Below are positions 33,023 to 45,250 of a stretch of 64,000 nt of DNA, piece after piece; the first letter of the stretch is position 1, and the number at the start of each line of letters is the position of its first letter. A program made the translations under genes and the position numbers. The notes beneath the pieces are model-generated. The model searched no databases and was not told the origin of the DNA. It saw only the letters and a program-made list of their open reading frames with translations. The stretch comes from the human T2T-CHM13v2.0 reference genome, Homo sapiens, in assembly GCF_009914755.1 (NCBI RefSeq), contig NC_060938.1, one strand, 5' to 3'.

Positions 33023-33509
33023 GCTACAGCGGCTCTCATGATGTGGGCTCACCTGCGCCCCAGACCCTGCAGGGGCCCCCCTGCTTGGCTCTGCTGGGAG
33101 AGTGCTCAGCCGCCCAGTCCTGCCTGCAAGCCCAGGGCGAGTATTGGAGGAGGGGCAGCCACGGGCAGAGCACCATGCCCATCCCCGAGTCTCTGGTGTG
33201 TCTGCCCCCTCTGGCATCCTCTGGGCGTCCCATGATCCCTTCTGTGTCTGCGTGTCCGAATCCCCGTGTGACCCTGTCCCAGCATTTTCCCGCCGACCCT
33301 GCGTGTCCCCGTGGCGCTGTCCGCTCTCCCTCTCCTGCTGCCCACCCACCTGCCAGTGTTATTTATGCTCCCTTCGTGGGTGATGGCCACGCCCTCACCA
33401 TGTCCCTGGCAGAGGGCTTCCCTCCGGGATCCCCTGCCTGGTGCCCACACTGCCTCGCAAGCGCTCGCCACCCTCACGTGGCTCACCTGCTGTTGAGCCT
33501 TGTGCTGTC

Positions 33510-33515
33510 AATAAA
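33510..33515 (+). terminator. CRIP2: CRIP2 polyadenylation signal AATAAA
   Basis: First AATAAA, ~490 nt after the stop, followed by GT-rich sequence. Confidence 0.85.
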
Positions 33516-34396
33516 CGGTTTGAGGATTGCAGGATTGTCTCTGCTTGTGGGATGGATGCAAATCCCAGACCAGGGTCCCTTTCTCCGGTCCATGCGTGCT
33601 CCCAGCCAACACCCCTGGGCCTGGCTGCTAGTGGGGGTGGGCTCTTCTCCTGGGGGTCATAGTGGGAGGTGGGGCCCTGGGATGTTTCTGAGCAGGAGGG
33701 AGGGATGGGGGCGGGGAGCGTGGTCTCCGGTTTGGGTGGTGGTGCCCACCCAGATGGGGAGGCAGTAAGAACGCCAGGCTGTGGGGAGGTAAGGAAGGTG
33801 GGAGGCATTCCGGGGCCAGGGTCCTGGCCAGGGTCAGGTGAGGGTGGGGTCCATGGAGGACAGAGCCTTGGAGGAAAGTTGAACCTAGAACCCTGAAAAT
33901 ACCAACAGCAGGCCTGAGAACCCGGAGCTGCCTGGGTGTGTGGACCCTGGCAAGCGCAGGAGGGGTCCGCCCTGAGAGCAGAGTGTGGCTGAGGAGGGAA
34001 GGGGGCCGGGGACCAGAGGAGGGGTCCTGGGCAGAGAATGGGGAAGCCGGCGAAGGGCGGGTGGGACAGAGGTCTCTGGCAGCCCCAGACTGGACTGGGA
34101 TGCGCAGGAGGGTTTGGGGGCTCTGGTCAGAGCAAGGACTGGAGAGGCTCAGCGTGGCTGTTTCCAGCTTTTGTCCATAGGGTGATGGACAGGCTTTTGT
34201 GGACAGGCCTGCCTTGGGTGTGGCCCAGGGACAGAATCCCTGCCCAAGTGTTCTGGTGAAGGTTTTAGTGATGACCGACTCGCCCCTGGCGTCTTCATGG
34301 TCCAGGCTCTGCCCTTTCAGCCAGGGGCGCTGGCGGCTCCAAGGAGCTCTCCCCTCCCCCGCGCCCCGCCTTTGCTGTGCGCCACTCCTCGGGTGC

Positions 34397-34410
34397 CCAC
34401 TAGAGGGCGC
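34397..34410 (+). promoter_or_regulatory. CTCF consensus site between CRIP2 and CRIP1
   Basis: CCACTAGAGGGCGC matches the CTCF core CCASYAGRKGGCRS exactly. It lies in a small CpG-containing patch with weaker similar motifs at ~34318 and ~34478 (reverse). Confidence 0.65.
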
Positions 34411-37400
34411 ACTGTCCCATTCTGGCAGCACAGAGCAGAAACGTGGAGACCTTCCCCAGTGGCTGAGCCCTGTCCTGGCGCCATCTGGACTTCCCACCTT
34501 GGTTTATGCTCCTCTGCTCCTGGCACCACACCGAAGTTGCCTTGGCCCTTCCTTCAGTGAGGGGCACTCAGACCTGGCCACCTCCAGGCCCCTGTCCCCA
34601 GTGCTACAGGGTGGCCGGGGCTTTACGCCTCTTCCCTGCTCCCAGCCGTTGGCACAGCTCCCTGCCTGGCCACCCTCCAGCCCATGGGCTCAGACGGAGC
34701 TGAGCCTGGATGCTGAGCCCATTGTCCCGAGAGCAGCCATCCATGTCCTGGCGGGGCCTGGGCTGGCTCCGGGGTCCAGCCGTACCACAGCTGCCCTCCA
34801 GCCAGGCACCCAGTGCGGTCTCCTCCCACCTGGAATTCAGCCAAAACCCCCGGGGCCTGACGTTGCGGAAGGGACGGCCAGTCCCCAACCCCAGGCAGAG
34901 GGGAGGATCAGGCAGGTTCCAGACCCCTGCTCACAGGAGAGGCTGGGATGGTTCCCCTTCTCATCCCCTCCTGCCAGGCCCAGGCTTCCTCGTGTGTGTT
35001 GGGGGGTTGTTTCGGGAGAACTGAGAATTTCCGGAGTGCCCGTCTCCGCCCTTGCTGCGGGCTCCCAGGGTTGCATGGGAAATTCCTGCTTTCAGCTTGG
35101 CGGGGCGGGGGGCGGGGGGGGGACTGGAGGGCTCAGCTGGACCCCCCTCCCTTGGGAGCCTCCAGTGGAAACTATGTCGTGAGGAGAGTGGTGGGTGGTG
35201 TGCCCTTCTCTAAAACCTGGGCGGCGGTGGGGGATTTGTGTGCCAGAAGACCTTCCAGGGTCGGTTGCGGGGATGATGTGGGTAAGGGGTCTCCTCCAGA
35301 GATCAGCCCCTGACCCCGCCAGGGACAGCAGCACCCCCGACCCCAGGTCTGGCTGGGGCAGGACCATTTCCTGCGGGGCCGGTTTGAGGATGACGCCTGC
35401 CTGCCGTGTTTGTTTCCAAGTCATTGTCATGGAAACCGGGGCGGTTGTTGCTACTGTTTGTCTGGACTGCGTCGCTAGGCGGTGTTGCTGGGGTTGGCTG
35501 GGTGCCCACGGCACTAACAGGGCTCGCTTGGTGTCTCCAGCTCCAGGAAGCTATGCCCTCCCAGCCGCCTGCCAGCCAGGTGCTCCCTTGGGTGCCCACA
35601 GACCCAGATATCCCCTAAAAGGGAGGGGAATCTGGAATGGGCTCTTCTGCCTTTGGGCGTGCCTGCTTCTCTGTCCCTGCCTTGGGGGCTGCTCTGCCCT
35701 CAACCTTCACTCTCTTCTACTTGGACCTATGCCTGGCCAGTGAGGCGGCTCTGAAATGCTATCTGCTCCATCCCTCCCCTTCAGAACCCCTGGGAACCAA
35801 GTCCAGGGATCCACAAGGCCCTGGTGCCCCATGGGGCTAAGCTCACACCCCGGCGCTCTGTTGAACCGAGCTGTGCCGCTCCCCGTCTGTACCCCCACTG
35901 TCCAGTCTTCCCGTGCCTCCTGGCCAGGTCCCTCCAAGGTATCCCCCACTCCAACCTGGGCTGGTGGGGCCCTCACTGGTGCCCCCAGCCAGGCATCTTT
36001 GTGGGGCCAGCTCAGCCTGCAGCTACCCCTGTCTCCACTTCTTCTGGCCCCTGCCCGGGACCCCCAGCACCCTTCCTCCAGGCCCTGCCCAGCCAGTGAC
36101 CGCAGCATCGGCCCTGGGTACCCCCGCTCCCAGGGTCTTCCCTAATTCCTGGACCCCTTCGGACTCCACACAGCTGGGACTAGCGCCCCTGACCCTGACC
36201 CTCCACAGGACTTGGTGGGGCACACCTCCCTCCCGGCCCTGGGTCCAGCTTATTGGGGGCCGGCGGTAGCCTGAGAGGTGGATGTGAGGAAATCACCCAG
36301 TGCCGTGGGCCCCTAGCTCTGGACCGTGGAGGGCTGGGCACAGGCAAGGGCAGGCTGGAGGACCAGGACGGCCAGGTATGGGCAGCACTTTTCCCAGCGC
36401 CTGATGGGCTTCCGGTGGGGATGTGGGGTCCAGCTGCCAGGCGGGGAGGCTGGAATTCCAGCCTCTGGAATTCCTGGGCTATGGCTGTAGGATGCTGGGT
36501 ACTAGGCCCAGCCTCAAGAGAGGGGAGGGAGGTCAGGGGCACCCCATCTGGCCAGTCTGTGGAAGCCAGGCAGGGGTGCAGCCCCGCTGGGGGCAGGGCT
36601 GGCTGAGGGAGCCCCCTCCTTCCCTCTTTCCACACCTTGCCACGTCTGCTCTGGGAGAGGAGGAACTGCGCAGCCTTCCCACCTGCTCGGGGCTGGAGGT
36701 GAGGCCTGGAGGACAGGAGGTGCCTGTCTGGTAAGCCTGTCCCATGCCAGCCCCATGCCAGGTCTGCCCAGGGCAGGAATGGCCACTGAGCCCAGCACTG
36801 CCAACCGGGGCCAGACCACAGGCCAGACAGGGGGTCCCGGGAGACAAGCAGCTGAAAATAGACCCTGGGAACTTGGGAGTGTCTGAGACTCAGCTGGGCC
36901 GAGAGGGAGGGGCAGGGAGGTGGGCCCTGGGGAGGCCTGAGCTGGGCGTGGCCGGCTCCGCGCTGTCCTGGCATGCATGTTGGCAGTGCAGGGCACCTGG
37001 TTGCAGAGCATCCAGGACAGGCCTGGCTGGCCTGCAGCCCCGGGAGGGCACCTCACACCTGCCCACACTCTCAGCCTGGGCATGGGGCAAGGGGAGGTGG
37101 TGGGGAGGGCTCCAAGGACAAGGAGGGGCATCTCAAGGCAAGTCCCCAAGCCGAGTCTGCAGAGGAAGGGGCTGTGGGCCCAGAGGAGCAAAATGTTCCT
37201 AGAGGGGTGGACGGTGGGATTCCTCAGGGACAGTGGGGCCCAGCCCTGCCTCTTGGGTTACCCTGGTTCCTGGAGCCCAGGCCTGGCTGCAGGCTGCCGC
37301 ACCCCAGCCCCTGTGGGCTTCAGCCAGAGGGCCAGCAGGAGCAGGCCAGGGCGCAGGGATGTGTGCAGAGGGCGGGCTGAGCAGACAGAGGCGGCCTCCA

Positions 37401-37984
37401 AGATGCACCCGGAACACTGCAGCAGCCCCCGCCACCCCCGGGTCTAGGGCCCTCTTGCTGTCCAGGTGCAGGGTGGAATGTTCTGGGCATAGAGGCAGCC
37501 TGGGGCGAGCAGCTGCGGAGCTCCGAGTCCCTGCCCCGACCACTCTGTCCTCTGTTTGTTCCTGAAACAAATGCCACCAGCACCCTGCAGAGTGGGCTGA
37601 GAGGTACAGGGGCTGGGGTTTCCAGCCAGCCCAGTGGGCCTGAGTCAGGCTGGCCCCATGGACGAGGTCAGTGCCCTGTCCTAGGTGCATCCCCGGCCAG
37701 GTGAGAGCTGACAAAGCCTGAGGCCTAGTGACTGGGCTGGGGCTGGTCGGGGGCAGTGTGTCCCGGAAGCCGGCAGGACCCTGACCTGCTCAGATGGAGG
37801 TGGGCGTTGGGGGTGGGATGGCCTGAACACGGAGTGTGGGTGGAGAAAGGAGCTGGAAGCTGGGGTCCTGCAGCTGATGAGGGGTCCCCACCCCCAGAGC
37901 ACAGGGTAGATGGGGAGCACAGGAGAAAGGGGGTCTGAGGGGCATGTCAGTCTGTGGCTGAAGTTTAGGAAGGGTTCCAGGGAT

Positions 37985-38090
37985 CGTGTGTATGTGACTG
38001 TGTGTGTGTCTCTGTGTTATGTCTGTGTCAGTGAGGGTGTGCGTGTGTATCTGTGCATGTGTCTGTGTGTATCTGTGAGTGTGGGTGTCT
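37985..38090. repeat. Degenerate (TG)n low-complexity tract
   Basis: gtgtgtatgtgactgtgtgtgtgtctctgtg... Confidence 0.7.
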
Positions 38091-39599
38091 GAGTTGAGTG
38101 GAAAAACTGCTGTGAGCCAACACAGAAGGCGTGGCCCCACGGCGAGGGCATCCTGCCCCCCACCCCACCCGTGACCATGGTGACAGGAAGCAACAGCAGG
38201 GAAGGCCAGGAATGGACTCATCACCCTGGTTTTCAAGGAGGGGCTCCTCCATGGGCAGGGTGGGTTGGAGTCCAGAGTGTGGGGGAAGGGACCATCCCTG
38301 GGGGCGGGTAGAGGGGAGGACAAGGACTGGGTCATTGTCCCTATCTGCCCCGGCTAATGTCCGTACATGAGCTGCAAGGTACCGGGCCAGGAGCTGGGAT
38401 GGGCTGGGGAGGAGGCTTGACAGAAATATGGGCGGACAACTGCGAGAGGGACCACACACATGCTCGCGGGGACCCCAGAGACCCCTGATGGACACACCCA
38501 TACGGGTATGTCCACGGGCACCAGGCACACACGTGTGCATCAGGCACTTGCCCTGCACCTCTGCACCCGGAGCACGTCATCCTGGTGGGGGTGTGGACAG
38601 CGGTGCTGGGCACCCTGGGGCTTGGGGGCAGCGCACGCCCCAGGGAAAGTGCAGTGACAGAGCCCCCGGCCTCCCCAATACTGTCCGGGCTCCCCTGGCC
38701 TCTCCCCCTTCTTGGTGCCTCTGCCTCTCCCTCTGCTTGTCTGCAGGTTTGTCCCACGATGCCCCACACTCAGTGGAGATGGCAGGTGGGCCCAGACCTC
38801 AGAGTGGGTTTCAAGGCTCATGGGCTGGAGAGTGGGGGTTCCAAGTTTGCAGGACAGGAGCGCACCCCTACTCTGGAAACCTTATCTCTGAGGTCTCAGA
38901 ATGGGGGATGAGGAGGGCTCCAATGGGCCCCTGTGGAATGTCCTATCAGACCCCAGGACTTAGCCCCAGTCGGGGGACAGAACTGTGGCCTTAGAGGGGC
39001 GCCAGGAGGAGGGCAAGCAGGATGTGGCCTTGGGCTGGGTGTGCTGGTGTGGGGCTCTCTGGAGTGTGGCCTCTGTGCCAGACGCCTGTGCCTTGGCCGT
39101 CCTACAGCCCTGCTGCCCCTGCCCTCTCCCCAAGCTGGGGACTGGTGGCAGACAGGGCAGGGCAGGCGGCTTCTCTTCCTCTAAGTGCAGGCCTCGAGGT
39201 GCCGACAGGGGTGCGGTAGGATTCAGGGAAAGTGAGGTTGGGATCACAGGTGCAGTTAGGGCTCAGGGCCCGACAGCGGTAGGCCAGCGGCTCCTGGGGC
39301 CCGGGAGGATGGTCTCCAGCGCCCCCAGCGGGGACAGGGCCAGCACAGGCCCAGTGGAGATCGAGGGGAGATAAGGACGCTGGTTAACATGGCTGACAGG
39401 AGGGATGGTGGGTGGGGAGGAAGGGCAGCACCGCCCTTGTGCTGTGGGAGCTCCCAGGGAGCTCCATGCAGCATGGAGGTGAAGGGCCTGCAGAGAGAGG
39501 GCTCCCCTGCTCAGTGACAGGAGAGGGGGCTGACAGTGACCTGGGCTCCCTTCCTGAGGCTGGCCAGTCAGCTAGAGGGCTGACCCCAAAGCCCGAGGC

Positions 39600-41400
39600 C
39601 AGCGCAGCCCCCTTGGCCCTCCTGAATCTGGGGGGCGGGTGAGGCGGGACAGACTCCGCCTGGCACCGGGACCATCCTCCGCCTCAACTTTGCAGCGTAC
39701 TTGGACCGCTCTGGCCGCCCTGGGCGCTACCCGCAGAGATAAGGGCCCCTCCCTGCGCCCGGTCCGGGCATCTCCGAGCCGGCCTGGGGGTGGCTGAACT
39801 CTCTTTTGCCGGCCGAAACCCCAGCCCCCGCAGCCCCCGCAGCCGATCGGTCCTCAAGCTACAGCTCCCCTCTCTGGGAGTCCCCGCTTTTGAATTCCCC
39901 GGGGATGTTCCCGCTGCGGTCCGATGGACCTCCCAGAGCAGCGGAGGTCAGGGGAGCTAGCAGAGGCGGGGACGTCCCTTGGGAGTGAGGGGACTGACAG
40001 GGGCGGCCTCGTAACCCTGCGTGGGATGGAAGGTCAGAGTGGGTTCCTCGGTGGGGGGCAACAGCGGGGGCTCTCCGGCAATTGTCCCCGACCCTCCGTC
40101 CTGGGGAGGGCAGGATCAGCGCGCGGGCTGCTTTGCATCTCTTTGCATTTTAGTGATGTTTGGTCCAGTCCTGGCCCGGGCAGATCTGGGGTTCGGGCGG
40201 GTGCCGGTGGGGTAGGGCTGGGGGTGGGAGCGGCGCTTCCTGCTGCGGGTGAGCCTTTTGCCTCGGAACTGGACCCGGGAGACATCACAGCGCTGGGCTA
40301 GGGGCGCGGCTTGAACTCGCCTAAAGAGCTGCGCCCTCTCAGTAAGTCCCCATGGTCCCCTGCCCCCCGCGCTCCGTCCTCAGTCAGGCCCGGGTCCTGC
40401 CTGAAGGCGGGGGTGGACCAGATGATCTTTCTTGGGCCCTGGGCCTAGATTCGAGGTCCCCAGGGTCCAAGTCCTGGGTTCAGAGGGCGGGGCGCGAGGG
40501 GCGGTGTCTCCAAGGGGCGGGGTCCCGGGGTCCCTGAAAGGCGCGGACCAGGCCGGATCCACCCAGTCTCGCGCCTGCAGCCCGTGCCGCCCCAGCCGCT
40601 GCCGCCTGCACCGGACCCGGAGCCGCCATGCCCAAGTGTCCCAAGTGCAACAAGGAGGTGTACTTCGGTGAGCGCGCCCACACCGGCCCCGCGAGGAGGC
40701 GCCGCCGACGGGGCGACGAGGCTGGGGACCGCTCAGGAGGACCGGGGGCGCTGGGTCCCTGGGGCGGCGCCCCAGCCTGAAAACGCCTCAGCCTGGCCCG
40801 CCGCCTGCCCCGGGATGAGGGTGGAGGCCCCTGCGTCCGAGGGCCCTGGCGATCTCTGCCTGCTAGTGGTCTTGCTGTGCTCGGCGGGCTACCTCTGGCT
40901 CTGAGCCTCCCCGTCTCTGGGTCCTACGGTCTCTGCCGTTTCCTCTCAGGCGCGCCCTGAGTGGGGGACCCGCAGGGCTGGAAGGAACGCGGGGCTGGGG
41001 CCGCGCCCCCCAGCGCTAAGTGGAAACAGACGCGGAAACCGACGCCCGGGGCGCGACCCCGGGCGCCCGCCTCCCTGCCCCGCGCCCGCGCGCCCCGAGG
41101 GGAGGGAGGAAGTGGGAAGTCACCCCTGTCCCCGCCGAGAAGGGCTGTCGCAGGCTCCACCCTTGCCACCGCAGAGGCCCGGGGCTGAAAGCAGGCAGCC
41201 AGGCCCAGGCCCTGCTGACCTAAGCCGCGACCCCTGACCCTCGGCCTCGCCCTCTAGCCCCACCCAGCCTTCAGGAGCAAGATTCCCGGCCGCACCCGAA
41301 AGTGCCCCGGGGACCAGCGACCCCGCGCTTTGTTTAGTTGTATTGGCTCTGGGGATTGGAGATGTTCCCCTCATGGAGGGTGCTGAGACCTTAGGGTGGG
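39600..41400. promoter_or_regulatory. CRIP1: CRIP1 CpG-island promoter, with non-coding exon ~40281-40341 spliced to acceptor 40581
   Basis: CpG-dense, with GC boxes (GGGCGGGG at ~40485 and ~40514). Donor ca|gtaagt at 40342 and acceptor ctgcag| at 40580. Kozak GCCGCCATG at 40622-40630. Confidence 0.75.
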
Positions 41401-41879
41401 CTGCCAGGCTGGGCGGATGCGGGCTAAGTGCACAGGGCCTTGGGCAGAGCTGGCTGCAAGAGGCGGGTACGCCAGTGGTGGGTAGGCGCCGCGTCCTGCA
41501 GCGTCTCACCGGGGCCTGTCTGTGCCTCTGCAGCCGAGAGGGTGACCTCTCTGGGCAAGGACTGGCATCGGCCCTGCCTGAAGTGCGAGAAATGTGGGAA
41601 GACGCTGACCTCTGGGGGCCACGCTGAGGTAGGTGGGACCCACCCTGGTGGCAGGGGCCAGGGGTGATGGCACCCCCTCACGGCCCTTCTCTTTGCAGCA
41701 CGAAGGCAAACCCTACTGCAACCACCCCTGCTACGCAGCCATGTTTGGGCCTAAAGGTATGCTCCCGTCATCCCCACCCCACCCCACCCCACAGCCTCCT
41801 CCACCCCAGCCTGTTGACTTTTTCCACCTTCTCTGCAGGCTTTGGGCGGGGCGGAGCCGAGAGCCACACTTTCAAGTAA
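40628..41879 (+). CDS. CRIP1: Cysteine-rich intestinal protein 1 (single LIM domain), 77 aa
   Basis: Exons 40628-40667, 41534-41628, 41699-41756, 41839-41879 (TAA), totalling 234 nt. [77 protein letters not shown]. Confidence 0.99.
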
Positions 41880-42030
41880 ACCAGGTAGGTAGGACCCCAC
41901 CCCCTATCCTGCCTCCTGGTTCCACCCTCGGGATGGGGATGCCCCCTCCCAGGGAGGCCTGACCACTCGTGGGCCCCAAGGGAGGCCGTGGACGCTGCAC
42001 TCACGTCTGTGCCTGTCTCTCTCTGCACAG

Positions 42031-42160
42031 GTGGTGGAGACCCCATCCTTGGCTGCTTGCAGGGCCACTGTCCAGGCAAATGCCAGGCCTTGTCCCCAGA
42101 TGCCCAGGGCTCCCTTGTTGCCCCTAATGCTCTCAGTAAACCTGAACACTTGGAAAACCT
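42031..42160 (+). other. CRIP1: CRIP1 non-coding last exon with variant poly(A) signal AGTAAA (42135-42140)
   Basis: Donor CAG|gtaggt 5 nt after the stop (41885), acceptor ctctctgcacag| at 42030, and a GT-rich element after AGTAAA. The end position is approximate. Confidence 0.8.
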
Positions 42161-43299
42161 GTGTGTGTACATGCGCGTGTGTGCTGGGGAGTGCCAAGGG
42201 AGCTGCAGTGGGGTCCTGGCAGCAGGCTCTGCCACCGGCGCCTGCTCTTCTGCTGCCCATTGCCCTCCCCAGGGGGCCGTTCCAGGGTCTCATAGGCGAG
42301 GGCTCCCTGTGCAGGGTGAGTCCAGGCCACCCTAGACAGCCCGCACCCAGCCCTGGCACTCTGAGTCCGCCTCGACAACTCCCAGATCCTCAGAAGTGCC
42401 TCTGAGCCCTCCTGGCCTTCTGGGAGTGGGGAAGGGGGGCTTTGCAGGCCACCAGCCAAAGGCTCAGCAGGCCGAGAGGCCTGGGGGCGGGCGAGGCTGG
42501 CCTCGGGTCAGAGGGTGAATCAGCTCATGCTGGCTCCCTTTCTGAGAGGCTCTGGGGGAGTTATGGGAACTCCTGGCCTTCCTCCTTTCCACCCCCCAAC
42601 CCTGTCCTCATTCCCCACCCCTCCAGGCCAGGCCCAGCTTCTGCAAGGGCCTGATGAGGCTGCTCTGCCCCTGACCCAGGCACCACTGCCCCATGTGCGT
42701 CCTCATCTGCCATCTACCCTGTGCCCAGGGACTTACCCAGTGGCCCGGCGTCCAGTGGGGAACTTGAGTACCGGCCGTGCACAGGGGCTGGGGGGCCTTC
42801 TGGAAACTCCCTTGTCAACTCAGCCAGCCGCTGCTGACTGGCCACCTTCAGAGACCCTCTTCCCCACACTGGCTACTTAGATACCGGCCTTGGCAGAAGG
42901 CCACCCCTCCGGACACCCACTGGTTTAAAAGAGCCCAGGGGTCTGGCCCTGCCTTAGGGCTGTGGTGGGTGTGCTGCAGGCTCAGCTCGACAGGTGCTGT
43001 GGGGGCAGTCTAGGGTGGCCCGCAGGGTGGGGTGTGTGGGGGTGATTGGGGGATTCCTGGAATTCCAAGAGCTGGGAGCCACAGCACTTTTGATGGGATG
43101 GGGGCAGGGGGTGCTGAGGTGAGGCTGGTTTCTGGCTGGACGGTGGTGGGTGGAGCTGAGGGAACTGAGATCTTTGAGACAGCGACACCTGGTGCAGAGA
43201 AAAATCCGCAAGCTCGGGGGTTGGGAGAGCGCTGAACAAGGCCGCAGAGCTGCTCCGCCATCTCCCCCACGCCTCCTGCCAAGTTCTGTGGCGCCGCGG

Positions 43300-45250
43300 T
43301 TCCCCACCTCCTGCTCCCATCCCCCTGGCTCCCGCCGCCCTGTAGCTCGGCAGGTGCAGTAGGCGCTCCGAGGAGGAGGCCCCTTAGCTTCAAGAAACCC
43401 GCGTGGGCGGGGTGAGGAGCGCAGTCCTCCTACTGGCGCCGTGAAGGAGATCGCGATGCGCCGGAGGGAAGGAGGCTGCGGGCGGGGAAGGACGGAGGGC
43501 GTGCGGGGAGGGAGAGGAGGGGCTTGCTGGGGGGGGGGCCCCGAGGCGGGGCCGGGAGGGCCGCCTGGAAGAGGAGGTCGGGGGCGAAGGAGGCCGAGAA
43601 GAAAGGTGGGGCCGGGACCCCTCGGGCTGCGCCTCTCGTGGGCGTGTCCAGCCAGGGCTGGGGGTCCAGGGAGGACTGAGTTTCCCTCTCCCGCCGTCCT
43701 CGCAGCCCCGGGAGGTGCAGGGGCATCGCGGGAACAGCCCCGGTGACACGCTGCCCGGGGTCTTCACGAATGCCCGGAGGCGCCGCTGGCCAGAAGCCAG
43801 CCCGACCTTCCATCCCCGCAGACAGCCCCACGTTCCTCCCGGCCCGCGTCTTTCGGGGCCGCCCGTGCAGGCGGGCCCGGCTCAGCGGCGCCCGGGCAGC
43901 AGCTGCTTCCATGCGCCGGCTTCCTCCGGGGCTGCTCCGTGGCGGCGGCAGAGGGAAGCGCTGCCGCGGGCGGGCGAGGATCGGGAGCGCCTGAGGAGGC
44001 TGCCGCGGGCTCCGGCTGCGCGTTCGGGGCGGGGGAGCTGCCCGGGACTTCGCGCCAGGGGCCAGGGGCCGGCCGCGCTGGGGTCTGCGCTGTGCGGCGC
44101 GGCGGGCTCTGGGCGCCTCCTGGCGGCCCAGCCTGGAAGGCGGCGCGATGGGGCGAGGCTCGTCCGCTCCGACTGCGTAAGCGGCCCCACAGGGCGCCTT
44201 CCGGAGTCTGCGCGCTCCCGCCCGGCGGTTGCTAGGTTGCCAAGGGGCGTGAGGCGCTGATGGGTGGGGTCTGAGCGAGGCGGGGTGTCGGGTGTCGTGA
44301 CGATTGAGCCTGCAAGGGCGGACTCTGCGGTGTTCTCCATATCAACAGCCCTGCCAGGAGCCCGGAAGTGGGTCCGCACGAGACAGAATAGACTACACTC
44401 AAACTCCAGGGGAACCGTTCATTGGGCTTGGACACGAAGGCGGGACCCTGCCGACGCAGTGATTGGATGCATGTCCGGCCAGCGCGGTGATTGGGTACAG
44501 GTCTCGGGAGCGCGGTGATTGGGTACAGGTCTCGGCCAGCGCGGTGATTGGGCGCAGGTCCCAGCCGGCGCGGTGATTGGGCGCTGGACCCGGCCCGTGC
44601 CATGATTGGGCTCAGGTTCCAGCCGGAGCGGTAACTGGGCGCAGGTCCCAGCCGCCGCACTAAACCCGGCCCGTGCGGTGATTGGACGCAGGCCCCGGGC
44701 CGCGGCGGAGGCGGGCGATCCGAAAGAGGCTGGTGCTGGCTGCATGGGGAGGCGGCGGCAGCGGGTGGACCCCGCGGCTGGGGCCCGGGCCGGGGCCCTG
44801 CCTGAGGCCATCGCCGCGTTGAGTCGGTCGCTGCCCTCGGGACCCAGCCCCGAGATCTTCCGCCGCGCCAAGTTCGACCGTCCGGAGGCGGTGACGCTCT
44901 CGCGGAGGGCAGGCGGGCCGGGTGGGGTCCCGGGCCCTCGCAGGGAGTTGGGCCGGCTCCGCTGACCGCCCGCTTTTTATTTTCCGCAGACCTCCGCGCT
45001 CTGGCAGCTCCTCTTCCGTGTGCTCTCGCCACTCCCTGCGGGCAACGCCTTGGCATCGCTCGCCCTGGGTAAGCCCCGCTCCTGGCCCCGCCCACCCGGT
45101 AGCACTGGCCCCGCCTACTCCTGTAAAGCCCCGCCTTCCCCAGTAAGCCCCGCCCCGGCAGGCTCTAGCCCCCACCCAACACTGACCCCGCTTGCTCCTC
45201 AAAACTCCGCCTTCCCCGGTAAGCCACGCCCCCTGATGGGCCCTAGCTCC
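43300..45250. promoter_or_regulatory. TEDC1: TEDC1 CpG-island promoter with tandem inverted CCAAT (NF-Y) array and ETS site
   Basis: CpG-dense. CCGGAAGT at 44362-44369. ATTGG at 44421, 44462, 44490, 44518, 44547, 44576, 44605 and 44681. RFX-like half sites GTTGCTAGGTTGCC at 44228-44241. Confidence 0.85.
44452..44690. repeat. ~29-bp promoter minisatellite carrying GTGATTGG in each unit
   Basis: Unit ~GCGCGGTGATTGGGTACAGGTCTCGGCCA. ATTGG spacing is 28, 28, 29, 29, 29, (29). Confidence 0.9.

Noticed and set aside
44391-44410. ZNF143-like ACTACA motif in the TEDC1 promoter
   Set aside because: Only the ACTACA half matches; the TCCCA part is not correctly spaced.
44452-44690. CRISPR-like look of regularly spaced GTGATTGG motifs
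   Set aside because: The intervening sequences are related to each other (diverged tandem repeat), the context is eukaryotic, and there are no cas genes.
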